DNA of 64,000 nucleotides from Eledone cirrhosa. Taxonomy: Eukaryota. The stretch is from the NCBI GenBank assembly GCA_964016885.1, contig OZ024751.1, forward strand, positions 12,462,001 through 12,526,000, in the 5' to 3' direction. Position numbers and translations under genes: made by a program. The notes under the pieces are model-generated. The model saw nothing but the letters and a program-made list of their open reading frames with translations. It was not told the origin of the DNA and did not search any database. Shown piece by piece: positions 27,273 through 41,699 of this stretch; the first letter of the stretch is position 1, and the number at the start of each line of letters is the position of its first letter.

Positions 27273-27525
27273 TAGAATAAAAAAAATATATATCCTTCTC
27301 AATGTGTAAAAATAATGTGATATATATAAAATGTTTCCACAAACCACTTTAAATTTTCTCAGATATTATTGAGTTTTATCCTTCCATAACTGAATGTCTC
27401 CTTTTTAAATCTTGTATAAATTAGTAAATATGGTTTTATGATAATTGTGCAATGCAAGAAAATACAATATGTCTTGCTTTTTTTCTTTTTTTTTTCTTTT
27501 TTTCTTCTTTTTTTTTCTTTTTGCT

Positions 27526-27593
<68 letters not shown>

Positions 27594-27804
27594 TGTGAGA
27601 AAAACCACAGACCCTCCATCTCAACTCACCTTTTGAAAAGCAGAAGAACTGCGAAACCGGTAAAGGAACCAAATAAATATATATATTTTAAAAAAAAAAT
27701 AAGACTTCAGTTGCATTTTCGATTTCATCCCTTTTTCTTTATACTTCCACTCGTGTAGGACACCTCGGTTATTTTTCATTTTGTAAAAAAAACCTCACTT
27801 TCTA

Positions 27805-27827
<23 letters not shown>

Positions 27828-27835
<8 letters not shown>

Positions 27836-27975
27836 CCTAGAAAAGTGCAGTTATAAACTAATTAGACCATTACTCAACATATGTTTGGGATAGTAGTATA
27901 TGACTATATTAGAAAGAGTTTCAGTCTGGGATTAGGTTTTGAACCGGCAAGAACTCAGGCGTTGGGCCCCGACTC

Positions 27976-27985
<10 letters not shown>
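27828..27985. mobile_element. Short fold-back PLE-like remnant family (related copies 35990-36160 and 61675-61770)
   Basis: Shared ggcaaga(a/g)ctcag..cg.tgggccccga.tcttt, and tttgggatagtag...tgactatatta in the first two copies; inserted in (TA)n. Confidence 0.5.
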
Positions 27986-28035
<50 letters not shown>

Positions 28036-28137
28036 GAAATAGAAGCTTTCTCCGTAATTTTGAGTTAAGGAATCTTAGCCTGATAGTGGGGTTTACCCTT
28101 GTACGTCTATATATATATATAGAGAGAGAGATGTCAA

Positions 28138-28345
28138 CATGAATGGACCTGTTATTTTTATCTAAAGACATTTTTTTCAAATTCCAACCCGCCCGTCCCC
28201 TCAATCTATCTTATTTCTCATTCTTTCTTCTGGTGAAGGACTAGAGTCCGAAACGTTAAGACCTTCTTCCTGCTATATCAAGCGTTAACCTAATATATCG
28301 CTTCCATATACTTACCGATTGTGTTGTTATTTCTGTTTACCTTTT

Positions 28346-28348
<3 letters not shown>
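28138..28348 (+). mobile_element. Hammerhead-bearing mini-element, homolog of 4138-4345 (core 28226-28261 mutated to CTGGTGA)
   Basis: tctt-CTGGTGA-a-GGAC-taga-GTCC-GAAACGTT-aaga. Confidence 0.7.
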
Positions 28349-28399
<51 letters not shown>

Positions 28400-28681
28400 C
28401 ATTAGAATCAAACAAAATAAACAGAGAGCAAACAAATAGTGTGATGTTTTCAAGGAGTCATAAGATGGTGGAGAACAATCCGAAATTATAGGGGTCTGTA
28501 TTTGGGAAATTGACGTAAAATATTTCCTACTTTGTGATACGGTTTACAACTAGAAGATGGCCTTATAGTCACACGGAATAAATAGAATCATGAATCAGAG
28601 AGATTTAGAAAATATATCAGCATGACGAATTATACATGGCTGAAACTAATCTTAGTATATTTAATTACTGTATTACGTAAA

Positions 28682-29900
28682 TAATTGTTTCTACGTTAGG
28701 CACAAGGCCAGCAAATACCCAGTGCATTACTGGTACTTTATTTTATCGACTCCATAAGGATGAAAGGCAAAGTTAACCTTGGCGGGATTTGAACTCAGAA
28801 TGGCAAGGGCCGTAACTCTATACGTCAAAGCATGGCGTCCGACCCTCTACCGATACTGCCAGTAAATAATGAATTAAATACTAATAAACTTTGTCGTGCC
28901 GAAACCTAATGAAAGGTTATGTTATATACAGACGAAATACAAGAACCCTAAGAATATTCTGCGAAATTTAAGCCATAAAACTAAAGATGTATACCATGAT
29001 TATGTTTAGATCAGTATAGGATCATGGGTGCCTCGCGGGTGGATTGAGATGAGTTAAAGGCGGGGGATTGACAGTATCGGTAGAAGGTCGGACACCATGC
29101 TTTGCAGCATAGAGTTACGCCCCTTTATAATCTGAGTTCAAATCCCGCCGAGGTTCACTTTGCGTTTCATCCTTACGGGGGTCGATAAAATAAAGTACCA
29201 GTAATGCACTGGGATAATTGCTGGCCTTGTGCCAAAAGTAGAAACAATTATTATAAGATAAGTTAAGGGCGGTGGATTGGCAGTATCGGGAAAGCATCAG
29301 ACACCATGCTTTGCAGCATAGAGTTATAGCCCTTTACATTCTGAGTTCAAATCCCACCGAGATTAACTTTGCCTTTCATCCTTACGGGGTCAATAAAATA
29401 AAGTACCAGTAATGCACTGGGTAATTGCTGGCCTTGTGCCTAAAGAAGAAACAATTATTATTATTAATATATATATATTAATATATTATTAATATATATA
29501 TATATATATTATTATTATTATTATTATTAATATATATATATATATATAGATGCCATGCTTTGAAGCATAGAGTTACTTCCCTGTATGATCTGAGTTCAAA
29601 TCCCGCCGAGGTTAACTTTGCCTTTCATCCTTACGGGGTCAATAAAATAAAGTACCAGTAATGCACTGGGTAATTGCTGGCCTTGTGCCTAAAGAAGAAA
29701 CAATTATTATTATTAATATATATATATATTTCTTTTTTGCTGTCTGATGCTCTACCGATTCTGCCAAACCTAATGATTTTTATTATAGGCACAAGTTCAG
29801 CAATGTTGGGAGAGGGGAAAATCGATTAAATCGACCCCAGTGCATTACTGGTGCTTTATTTTATCGACCCTTTAAGGATGAAAGGCAAAGCTAACTTCAG
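28682..29900. mobile_element. Cluster of at least 5 tRNA-derived SINE copies in both orientations (28682-28862 -, 29058-29255 +, 29266-29460 +, 29549-29710 +, 29785-29900 -)
   Basis: Repeated A/B box + cctttcatccttacggggtcgataaa + ctggccttgtgcc tail. Confidence 0.88.
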
Positions 29901-30389
29901 TCAGTCCATGACGCTCACAATTTTTAAAGCAGAATTTATCCTGCACTATATTATTACTATATACTAAAGATGTAATTTAAAGGATATTTTGCTGCTATTT
30001 CTGTCAGGTTTAACCATCTGGGATGTAGGGGGTTCCATATCAGTTCACTTTATCTGCGAATATAGGTTAGCATGAGGTGATTCACCTAACCTAAATATAT
30101 TGGTCTATATCGGTTGGTTAGGTCGATGGCCTAACGCCAAACATTGCTTCTTCACACAGCATACCAACAAATAAACAACTATCAATTTCACAGCTGTTTT
30201 CTTGTAGCCACTGTGGAATTATCTGCCGGTATTTATAATTTTTGTATGGCGGAGAGACTAGAAGGGGATTTGAAGTTTCGGGACTGTTCCTTCAACTGAG
30301 ATAGAGAAAAAATTTAACAAAAAGATATGACACAACAATTTTGTTAACACATTTCTAATTAAGAACACTGCCTATGATTTTCAAATATG

Positions 30390-31220
30390 TTTTTAAATAA
30401 TAAAGAATTTGGTGTGATTTAGTAATATAGCCTACTTGTTCATTTTTAAACTTGTGTTTGTTAGAGAGAGTAATATATCTTGTTCATTTTTTAACTAGAG
30501 AGTTTGTAATGTAGCTTACTTGATCTTTCTTAAACTAGTGTTTGTGGGGGAGATTTATAATAGAGCCTACTTGCTCATTTTTAAACTGGTGTTTGTTGAA
30601 GAGAGAAATATATCTTGCTCATTTTTAATAGGGGTTTGTTCGAGAGATTTAGCCTACTTGATTATTTTAAATCTAGTATTTGTTGGAGAGTTAGTAATAT
30701 AACGTATTTTTAAACTAGTGTCTATTGGAGAGGGTTAAAAATATATCTTGTTGATTCTTAAACTGTTACTAATATAACAAACTTACTCTTTCTTAAACTA
30801 GTATTTGTTAGAGAGAGTTAGTAATATATCTTTTTCATTCTTAAACTGGTGATTGTTGGAGAGTGTTACTAATATAACAAACTTACTCTTTCTTAAACTA
30901 CTATTTGTTAGAGAGAGTTAGTAATATATCTTGTTCATTCTTAAGCTGGTGTTTGTTGGAGGCGGTTAGTGTTATAACTAATATACTCATCTTTAAACTA
31001 GTGTTTGTTAGAGAGAGTTAGTAATATAATTAACTTATTCATACTTAAACTGGTGTTTGGAGCATAAGTTATTTAAACGTTTTTGTATAAAATTATGGTG
31101 GACATTTTTCGATGAACATTTACGTCTTACGTTTTCATATTTCTAATAAAAACCAGAACTGTGATTTTCAAACAATTTTCAAAATAATAAAGAATTAGAA
31201 GAGATTATTAATATAACTAA
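30390..31220. repeat. Degenerate ~45/90-bp minisatellite (aaactagtgtttgttagagagagttagtaatat) between two aaataataaagaatt motifs
   Basis: About 12 degenerate units. Confidence 0.75.
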
Positions 31221-31225
31221 ACTTC

Positions 31226-32184
31226 ATTTGGCACTATCGGTAGAAAGTCGGACGCCATGCTTTCCAGCATAGTTACGTCCCTTTACAGACTGAGTTCAAT
31301 TCCCGCCTAGGTTAACTTTGCCTTTTATCCTTACGGGGTCGATAAAATAAAGTACCAGTAATGTACTGGATAATTGCTGGCCTTGTGCCAAATCTAGTAA
31401 CAATTGCTAAGCAGTTATGGCCCTTGACGTTCTGAGTTCAATTCCAGCCGAGGTTAACTTTGCCTTTCATCCTTACATGGTCGATAAAATAAAGTACCAG
31501 TAATGCACTGGAGTAATTGCTGGCCTTGTGCCAAAAGTAGAAACAATTATTAAGCAGAGCAAGGAGGTTGAAACATGAATTAACAAATCTTCGTACATAA
31601 TATGATTACGGTAGACATTTAGTTAAATATATACCTCGTCAAATCAAATAGGTTTGTATCGCAGAACCAGGGACTGTTTCAGATGGTTTGGTTACGAATG
31701 GGATACGTATTTTTTTCTTTTTTGCTTTTTAGTCGGAGAAGAAAGAATGAGTCCATGGTTCTTTAGTTTTAAGGTTCTCCGAGGCTGGTTCCGGAAAGAA
31801 AGAAATTTATAATTAATAGTGACCTCGGTTGGATTTGAACACAGAGTATAGGGAGCCGGAACGAATATGGTAAAGCTTTATGTTCTTCGCTTTAATGAAT
31901 CTGTGTAAGATTCTATATGTGACGCTGTGCTGAGAATGTAAATGTTAACGGTGTGTGTTTATGGGACTTTATATATATATATAATATATATATATATATA
32001 ATTGTTTCTACTTTAGGCACAAGGCCAGCAATTACCCAGTGCATTACTGGTACTTTATTTTATCGACCCCGTAAGGATGAAAGGCAAAGTCAACCTCGGC
32101 GGGATTTGAACTCAGATCGTAAAGGGACGTAACTATGCTGGAAAGCATGGCGTCCAACCCTCTACCGATACTGCCAATCCACCG

Positions 32185-32188
<4 letters not shown>
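31226..32188. mobile_element. tRNA-derived SINE copies (31226-31405 +, 31412-31552 +, 32000-32188 -)
   Basis: Same consensus as above. Confidence 0.85.
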
Positions 32189-32236
<48 letters not shown>

Positions 32237-32241
<5 letters not shown>

Positions 32242-32610
32242 TAGTAAAAAGGAAAAGAAATTGCTGACAAATTTTTCCCAGTGAAAAATATTTTAATTAG
32301 GAATAAGTATAAATTTGTAATAAGTATTAGTTAGTATTCAGTTTTAGTTTTAAGTTTTTACCGGTTGTGCATTTCTCATGCTTTTCAAAAATAATTTTGA
32401 GATAGAGTGCTCGTGATTAGAGCAAAAATCACGAGCACTCTATCTCAAAATTATTTTATGAAAAGCATAAGAAATGCACAACCGGTAAAAACTTAAAACT
32501 AAAACTGAATTCTAACTAATACTTATTACTAATTTATACTTATTCCTAATTAAAATATTTTTCACTGGGAAAAATTTGTCAGCAATTTCTTTTCCTTTTT
32601 ACTAATAAAT
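32237..32610. repeat. Long near-perfect inverted repeat (~180-bp arms, 8-bp loop) in (TA)n
   Basis: ...gagatagagtgctcgtgatt-agagcaaa-aatcacgagcactctatctc...; few mismatches over the arms. Confidence 0.93.
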
Positions 32611-32620
32611 ATATATATAT

Positions 32621-33774
32621 ATATGAAAAAGTGAGTCCTTCATCAGTGACCCTCCAACCGTCCTCGGCATTTCATCGCTTTAAGGGCCATATGCCTCAGG
32701 TTGGTGCGAACAACGGCTAAAAAAAGTCGTTGGGACACGTAAACAAAGGGGGACGCTAGAGTAACAACAAAAAAGTTTAAGCAACGGAAAGTGAGTAGAA
32801 ATAGACAAGTCCCAGATCTCTATGAATATAAACTCTGTGAAATCGTGAACAAGAGACGAAAGACCATCAAACCTGGTTGAAATGTGAGCAAGGAAAGAAT
32901 TTTGCCCAAGTTTGACGGGGGGAAAAAAGAGAGAGAGAGAGAAGAGGAAGAAGAAGAAGAAGAAGATAAAGGGGTCTGGTCATATGGCCCTTAAAGCGAT
33001 GAAATGCCGAGGACGGTTGGAGGGTCACTGATGAAGGACTCACTTTTTCATATGTATCCCATTTGCAACGCCGCAGCTCCATTATTATCATATTTACACA
33101 TATATTTTTTCCATGCTGCCTTCGTCTGTTTCGTTCCTTGTATCTTTACCACTTCTAGCAGTCTCCCTCTCTGTTACTCTCTCCTCAACTTTCACTCACT
33201 CATTCTCTGTCACTACCTCTCCTCCTCCTCTTTCCTCCTCCTCCTTCAAGTTTGACCTGTGTGTAATTCTTTTCTCGCGCGGTCTTGACCGAGCTGGTAT
33301 GGAATTTTTTTCTCTCTCTCTTTCGTCTGCGACTTCACAAAACTTGCGTTTACCGAATTCGTAGACCAGACCCCTTTATCTTCTTCTTCTTCTTCTTCTT
33401 CTTCTTCCTCTTCTCTCCTTTCTCTCTCTCTCTCTTTTCCCCCCCGTCAAACTTGGGCAAAATTCTTTCCTTGCTCACATTTCAACCAGGTTTGATGGTC
33501 TTTCGTCTCTTGTTCACGATTTCACAGAGTTTATATTCATAGAGATCTGGGACTTGTCTATTTCTACTCACTTTCCGTTGCTTAAACTTTTTTGTTGTTA
33601 CTCTAGCGTCCCCCTTTGTTTACGTGTCCCAACGACTTTTTTTAGCCGTTGTTCGCACCAACCTGAGGCATATGGCCCTTAAAGCGATGAAATGCCGAGG
33701 ACGGTTGGAGGGTCACTGATGAAGGACTCACTTTTTCATATGTATCCCATTTGCAACGCCGCAGCTCCATTATT

Positions 33775-33781
<7 letters not shown>
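32621..33781 (+). mobile_element. Non-coding PLE-architecture element: inverted partial copy + 688-bp unit bounded by ~110-bp direct repeats
   Basis: 32981-33092 repeats at 33669-33781; 32621-32981 is the reverse complement of 33364-33741; flanked by (TA)n. Confidence 0.75.
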
Positions 33782-33831
<50 letters not shown>

Positions 33832-35459
33832 ATATGTATTTATATATATGTATTTATATATATGTATTTGTGTATATGTATTTATATATATGTATTTATA
33901 TATATGTATCTGTATTTATATATATGTATATGTATTTATATATATGTATATGTATTTATATATATGTATACGTATTTATATATATATATATATATGTGTG
34001 TGTGTGATTATATACGTATTTATGTATATGTATTTCTATATAAATGTATTTATATATATATATGTATACGTATTTATACATATGTATATATATGCATATG
34101 TATACGTATATATGTATAGATACATACATATATATATATATACATACATGTACATATGTATATATGTGTGTATAAATATATATATTTTCCTTATACCTAT
34201 ATATATATATATATACATACATGTACATATGTATATATATGTGTATATATATATATATTTAAACCTTACCACTGTAGTACAAGACTATTAAAAAAAGGAT
34301 TCGTTTCGTTATCAGTCCTTCTTTATTTTTAAATATCTCAGATAGATAACCAAATTGGATATTTGATAAAACTAAAAAAATGTATACAACTATAACATAC
34401 ACACTACAAACAAACAACATTTTTTTGTTCAAAATAAACTAAATCAAAAAGAAAAAAATAATAAAATACAGTAAAAAATATAGTAAAAAAAGTAATAGAA
34501 TATAGTAAAAATATAAAACAAAATAGTAAATACGATTTTAGTGTTTCTTGTCTTATCTTTGGAAGAATTGAAATTCTTTGTGTTAGCCAGCTGGTCTCTT
34601 ATTGATACTACAAAGAGAACAGTGGCTATACTGTATGTATATGTATGTCTGTATATATATATATATATATAGGTGTGTGTGTTTCTGTGTGTGTTTGCAT
34701 ATATATATATACAGACATATATACATATATAAACGTACATATGAGTATATATATATATATAGAGAGAGAGATGTACATATGAGTATATATATATGTGTGT
34801 GCGTGCGTGTGTATTTGTGTGTGTGATTGTGCGTATGTTTGCCCATATAAGTATATGTGTGTGGGGGGGGGGGGGGTGTATATGCGTATAGAACATGTAG
34901 CGCTTGTTGGTGTAAGATGGTCCTCTAGATATGAAAGAAAGCCGAGAGGGTAATGATATAATAATGAGAATGAAACAGAGGAAGGAGCAGAGGAGACGAT
35001 GATGATGATGACGATGGCGATGATGAAGAAGAAGAAGAAGAAGAAGAAGAAGAAGAAGAAGATTAAGGAAGACTACGTAAAATGTCTTATCATTGAGGAG
35101 AGAACCTTCAAGTTATCATATAGAATTGAATAACAACAACTACATGAAGATCAACAACAATAATACTGTGAAAAGACAGTATGATGGTACGTAACCAACT
35201 TCAGAGATGAATTGTTGGACCTCCGTCGATTCCAACGACGAGTGTTCCTATACTTTGTTCAACGAAACAGCCTGCTCTTGGGATCAACGTGCAAGTGCTT
35301 GAGCCGTCCAATGACGCATGTACATTTAACGAAATTCACAGGAAGTTTCCACATGACACGGTTCGTAAAAACGCTGGCTCTTTGAATAGCAGCTATATAT
35401 TATATTCACTGCTGAATGATATAGAACCAATGTAAAACTAAGTTCCATGTTCATGGGAA

Positions 35460-35633
35460 AATCCATCAAATCGACCTCAGTGCATCACTGGTAACTTTAT
35501 TTTATCGACTCCGTAAGGATGAAAGGCAAAGCTAACCTTGGCGAGATTTGAACTTAGATCGTAAAGAGCCATAAACGCTATACTGCAAAACAATGTGTCC
35601 GACGCTCTACCGATTCTGCCAATCAACCGCCCT
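35460..35633 (-). mobile_element. tRNA-derived SINE
   Basis: aggatgaaaggcaaag...atttgaact...ctctaccgattctgccaatc. Confidence 0.8.
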
Positions 35634-36302
35634 ACAGGAAAATATTGGCGTTAAACTGGGTGATGCATTAAGTCTCTCACAAAAGTACGCTACAGTAAAC
35701 ACACACAAACAATAAGCACAGCCACCTACATATTACATTTTATTGGCTGTCTAGTGAAGGATTGAAGGGCAGCGGCTATGAAACTATTGAGTGTGTCCGT
35801 AACTGACAGGTGGGACCAATGTAGATACCCTCAAATCGAAGACTTGTTACGAATCATTGCAACGCAAACACATTAGGCCGAACTGAGAGAACAACGCACA
35901 GGGGCGAAATAATTGTACTAAACTAGATGATAAGATAAGCTAACACACTCTCTCTCTCTCTCTCCCTCTCTCACACTCTCTCTCTCACAAACACACAGAA
36001 GGAGAACCACAGGAAACTTGTAACACCAACAGAGTACTTGATATTTGGGATAGTAGATTATGACTATATTATAAAGAGACGGGGTCCGATAGCTGTTCTC
36101 TTGAACTAGCTGTTGAATTGGCAAGAGCTCAGCCGCTGGGCCCCGATTCTTTATTGTATATATATATATATATAATCACAATCTAACGTGAGTCGAAATA
36201 TTCAGAGAACTCAATGTAGTTACCTTTATATAGAGTATGTTGGAGAGTAAAGATTTATTCAGATGTATATGTATGTATATAGAAAAGCTGTATAAAATAC
36301 AC

Positions 36303-36359
<57 letters not shown>

Positions 36360-37169
36360 ACAGACACACAGACACACAGACACACATGCAAACACGTAAA
36401 CACAAGCATGGATATACACGAGCTACAAAAGACATCAGTCAAGAAAACTGACAAACAAAACCTACACTTCCCCCATACACATATGGATACATACAGACAC
36501 ACACATACCTACACACACACATACACTGGAACATTACTTTGCCTTTCACCGACAATTTATAATGTAATGTGATTACGTAGGGAAAGAAAAAAAAAGGAGT
36601 CGTTTTTGAGGAATTCACCAGCATCTTCAAAGTTACATTTAAAAAAGGTATAGCAGTAGGGGGTTAGGGGTTGACTTTAATCTTTATATTCTAGTATCTT
36701 TATAACATCGCTATCAGTTTCTAGATTCTAGCTTTAATGGAGAATTTCATTGTAGGATAAATACTAAGACTATTAGCTCACTCTTAAAATCCTTGCGGAT
36801 TTAATTGATCTTTTCTATAAGTTTTTTTATGTTTTCTACATGTTTTTTTTCTATATGTCTTTTCTTATATGCTTTCTTTCTTATTAGGTTAGGGTGTCTT
36901 TGTTCGCAATTCGAAATCAAATTTGCAGCTTCATAACAATTATGTAGATAAATTGACAAAGAATTATCACATTAGCAACATGATTTGTGTTCGTAACAAT
37001 GCAACATTGCACGAATGCAACATTTCAATAGCATCATTTACAACCTTTTTCTATGACCGTTAAAAATACGCTTGTATTTATAGTATATACACATGGAAGT
37101 ATGTATATATGTATGGATAGCTATTTATATATATATATGTATACATATTTGGGGACATCCTGTAGACAT

Positions 37170-37386
37170 ATATAACGAAAAAGTTGTGGTAAGGAACCAA
37201 ATGGACCATAACGCACCAGAGTACTCAATACTTAGGGTAGTAGAGTGGGTAATAGGAAAATGTATGACCCCGACGGCAGAGCTCAAGCCGTTTCGACGGC
37301 TATTTCTGGACTGAAATAGCCGTTGAGCCCAGAAATAGCCGTCGAAACGGCTTGAGCTCTGCCGTCGGGGTCATACATTTTCCTAT
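37170..37386 (-). mobile_element. Fold-back PLE-like element family with a hammerhead 3' half (copies 46070-46288, 49345-49450, 60891-61082)
   Basis: Inverted arms contain GAAACGGC-ttgagctct-GCCGTC-ggggtc; shared tail attacccactctactaccctaagtattgagtactc. Confidence 0.75.
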
Positions 37387-37487
37387 ATATATATATTCAT
37401 ATTCTACTTGATATATTGAGTACCAAACTACAATAGTGGTTCCCTTCCGTTCTTTAAAGACCATCTATTCTATGTAATATAATATAT

Positions 37488-37544
<57 letters not shown>

Positions 37545-37939
37545 CCGTTCAATATATCTAAATAACCACATAAAAGTAAGGAAATGCAATGTCGTCGTTT
37601 GTCGACGAGAAGAACTCCAATTGTTCGATGAACACAAAGGCTAACTCATTGAATTAACGTGATTGTATCTGAGCATTTCACGAAATATTTCAAGCTGATT
37701 CTCATGTATAATCAGCAGGGCTCTTTGAATTACAAGTAAAATCTAAGCAATTTCTGTCTACCAAATTTCGTTCTCAAGACTAGTGTCTGCCCGATGTTAG
37801 GGTAAAAGTCTCTTATACATGATACTACGCACTGGAATTCAACCCGGGAATAGATGATTGCAAAAAGTACTTCTTAACCATTTAATCATTCTTGCGTCTC
37901 TCTTTATCTCTCTCTCCATATATATATATACATACACAC

Positions 37940-37971
<32 letters not shown>

Positions 37972-38109
37972 ATCTACGTAACGATTTGCGTCTATATATA
38001 TTCCTGTAAGTGTGGATATGCGCATATAAACGCAAATACATAATTATATATATATATATATACAATGATATTAAATGGAAACTATAATTATAAAACCATA
38101 TTTATTCTA

Positions 38110-38405
38110 TTATTTTCTCCTTATAATATATAACCAGCAATTTCTCTGTTTGTCTGTCTGTCCGACAGTGGAAACACGTGCGCGCGTGCGAATGTTTTTT
38201 GCGCACGCGTAGAGAGAGAGTGAGAGTGAAAGAAAGAGACAGATTACGAGAGGGGGATAGCGGGAGGGAGAGAGAGAGAGTGAATAGACGCTAAAACACG
38301 TGCGCGCGTGCGAATGTTTTTTGCGCACGCGTAGAGAGAGAGTGAGAGTGAAAGAAAGAGACAGATTACAAGAGGGGGATAGCGGGAGGGAGAGAGGGGG
38401 GAATT
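38110..38405 (+). mobile_element. Possible Helitron 5' fragment with an internal ~122-bp tandem duplication
   Basis: tgtttgtctgtctgtcc-type start; aaacacgtgcgcgcgtgcgaatgttttttgcgcacgcgtagag occurs twice. Confidence 0.4.
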
Positions 38406-38658
38406 GAGTGCTACAGAAACATATATACATTTATGTGTGTTTTAATATATATATATATATACACACAGAAATATATATACATTTCTGTGTGTGTAATATA
38501 TATATATATAGATATATATATACACAGAAATATATATACATTTCTGTGTGTGTAATATATATATATATATATACACACACAGAAATATATATACATTTCT
38601 GTGTGTGTAATATATATATATATACTAGCAGAAAACCACCCGTGGGCGGTTTTCTGCT

Positions 38659-39484
38659 AGTCTATATATATTAAAACTGAGGATGTCTGTCTGTGTGTGT
38701 GTGAGTTTGAATCCCTAAAACTAGAGAACCACCCAACTGACTGTTTTCAAACTTTACACATGTAATACTTATGTTTAAGGGAGTGTTCTGCGCAAAAGAA
38801 ATTTCAAATTTTCAATGCCCTAGGGACCGCATTAGGCGATTTAGCGATCTCTCTCTATAATTCTTAGTCTTTCTCTTTTTAGATAGATACATACATATAA
38901 CGTCGCGCCTTTATAATATCTGTCTGTATGTCTATCTGTCTGCATTACGTCTTTCCTACAATTCACTCTGCGTCCAAAACGCGCCCTTATAAAATATGTC
39001 TGCATGACTGACTGTCTGCATTACGTCACTTCCCTGAGGATGTCTCTGTGTGGGTGTGTGTGTGTGAATCCCTAAGACTCGAGAAGTGCCCAACCAATTT
39101 TTTTCAAACTTTACATGTGTATTACTTATGTTTCAGGGAGTGTTATGCACTCAACATTTTGATCTCCTAGGGAGAAAAACTGCAATTTTAAAGCTTTTTA
39201 GGGCTTTTTGCAGGCGTTACGTCTAGCCGATTTTCCCGAAATTTCAAAGCATATCATGCACATAAAAAAACTTCATTTTCTTGATCCCCTAGGGCCCGCA
39301 TTAGGTGAAAACCTGTATTTTTCCTGCTTCATCGAGGAAAACCTTAAAGATTATCCAGCCATCAGAGTATTAGGTTTATTTTCTTTACATATTGTCCAGG
39401 CATGCAGTTTTTCCACGATTAGGTCTGTTGGCGGCCCGCGTTCCAAAATACCTTATCCCGTGTAACGCCGGGTACCACTGCTAG
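38659..39484 (+). mobile_element. Non-autonomous Helitron
   Basis: 5' TC-tatatatattaaaactgaggatgtctgtctgt; internal duplicated ctgaggatgtct...gaatccctaa block; 3' subterminal hairpin cccg-tgtaacgc-cggg, then ...ctgCTAG followed by T. Confidence 0.75.
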
Positions 39485-39503
39485 TTAATTATATATATAT
39501 ATG

Positions 39504-39548
<45 letters not shown>

Positions 39549-40326
39549 GTGTATAAGAATATATAAACGCATATATATCAATGTATATCTACGTAACCAT
39601 TTGATAATTCCTGCGTCTATATATATTTTCCTATACGTGCGGATATGCGTATATGTACGCAAATACATGAATATATATCTACTTATGTGTGTGTTTGCAG
39701 ATGTATTAATGTGTGTATGTTAAAGATTAGCAGTGCAGCAACAGCACAAGTAGCAATAGAAGTAGCAGATACAGATACGTCTGTATAGATATTAAATGAC
39801 CCCTAAAGTTTCCTTATCAGGGTTACAGCAACTGCAGTAGACAGAAGAATTGCTATTCAGATAAGACGGGGTAGAGAGAGAGAATGCTACAGTGATGCAG
39901 ATGCCCTTTCGCCCACCCCACCCCAACACCGTGGGGTCTCTACCTCTGTGTATATGTGAACCGTATCAAATTCGGGTGTGCCGGTTTGTGTACTGCACTT
40001 AACTATCTGAATAACTATATATATATATATATGAGAGAGAGAGATAGATAAATACGTGTGTGTGAGTGAGTGTGTGTATATGTATGCATGCATACATATA
40101 CATATAAACGTGTGCATGTATACATATAAACGTGTGCATGTATACACACACATATGTACGTGTGTGTGACAATAGTACTTATAAAAAGCCTAGAGAGTAC
40201 ATCTCAATTCTTTGACAGTGCTCAACAAACATTTACATACAATTTTAAGCACTAGATTGCTACGACATTATATATATATATATATATAGATAGATATATA
40301 TCTATATATATATTTCATTTCTGAAT

Positions 40327-40373
40327 TTGTTTCTGAAGAGGTCACAGAATATGTGACGAAAGAACTTTGACAA
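40327..40373 (+). ncRNA. Type I hammerhead motif (stem I imperfect)
   Basis: ttgttt-CTGAAGA-g-GTCAC-agaatat-GTGAC-GAAAG-aa-CTT-tgacaa, within a ~190-bp insert between (TA)n tracts. Confidence 0.6.
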
Positions 40374-41560
40374 TATATGAACAATCGGAAATTTATAAAT
40401 TCTTAAATTTATTAATTTAATTTATAATAAATTGGAGTGAAAGCAACTGGTGCGTGTGTTTCTTATTGGCAACATGACCCTCCCAAAGCATAACAATATA
40501 TATATATATAGAGAGAGAGAAATGAATGTGTGTGACAGTATATGTATAATATTAGGGGTTTTTTTGTAAATATTGGGAAATTTTCTAAGAATATAAATAT
40601 TTCATTGTTTCTAAATGTTCTTGATATCAGAGTTTCATTTTTGAAGAATTTACAGAATATTCTTTTAATTATCTTATAGAAGAAGCTACATTTAGTACAT
40701 GCAAAAATTAAAACCCTTGCCCTTCAGGTCAGATATTCAATGTTGTATGTATCTCCACAAATATCATCTAGATCATTTTGAGAAACACAGAAGGTATCTT
40801 CACAAAAACCTCTAGATAATAGTGAGAGATGGGGAGAGACGGGGGCTGCGACATAGGAGTTTGGACCTAGTATACATGTCTATAGTGAAGGCCTGTGGCT
40901 GAGTTGTTAGAGAATTAGATTCGCAATCATGAGGTTGAGAGTTCGATTCCTGGACCGTGCGATGCGTTATGTCCTTGAGCAAGACACTTTATTTCATGCT
41001 GCTCCTTTTAATTGGAGTTGCGACCGATAGATAGTATTAACAATGGGAAAGACCAACGGAAACATTGTTTCCTCGGTCTTATTTGACAAAAGTCGATCGA
41101 CAGTCGATATATATCTGTATTTATTTACCACATTAACTTAAACTTCAGAAATAACTTCAACTTTACACTTATTGTTTTTACCTAAGTATAACGAGGTGTA
41201 TCCTCTCTGCCATATCTCATTGCTGTTCTCTTTCTCTATAACGCTTTCTGTACAAATAATCGAAAATATGAATCTGTAATACATTTTTCCAGTATTTTCG
41301 ACAAATAATCCAATCTCTGTCTCCTTGTAACTAGTATTAAAAGAAAAAGAAAAGGAACACAAATTAATTTTAAATATATTTAACTTTGTCACACTTCGGA
41401 ATATGAATACTACTAAACTATCTAATTATATTGGGGAGCTAGAAGAAAGCAGAATAACTTAGGCAGCCATGGAGAATAAATAAACAAACATTGTCCTTTC
41501 GTCTCCACATATTTAAATTATCAATATTTATGGCATGAAATAAGTTAACATCAACATAAT

Positions 41561-41623
<63 letters not shown>

Positions 41624-41644
41624 CTATCTATTTCTCTCTTTCTC

Positions 41645-41695
<51 letters not shown>

Positions 41696-41699
<4 letters not shown>

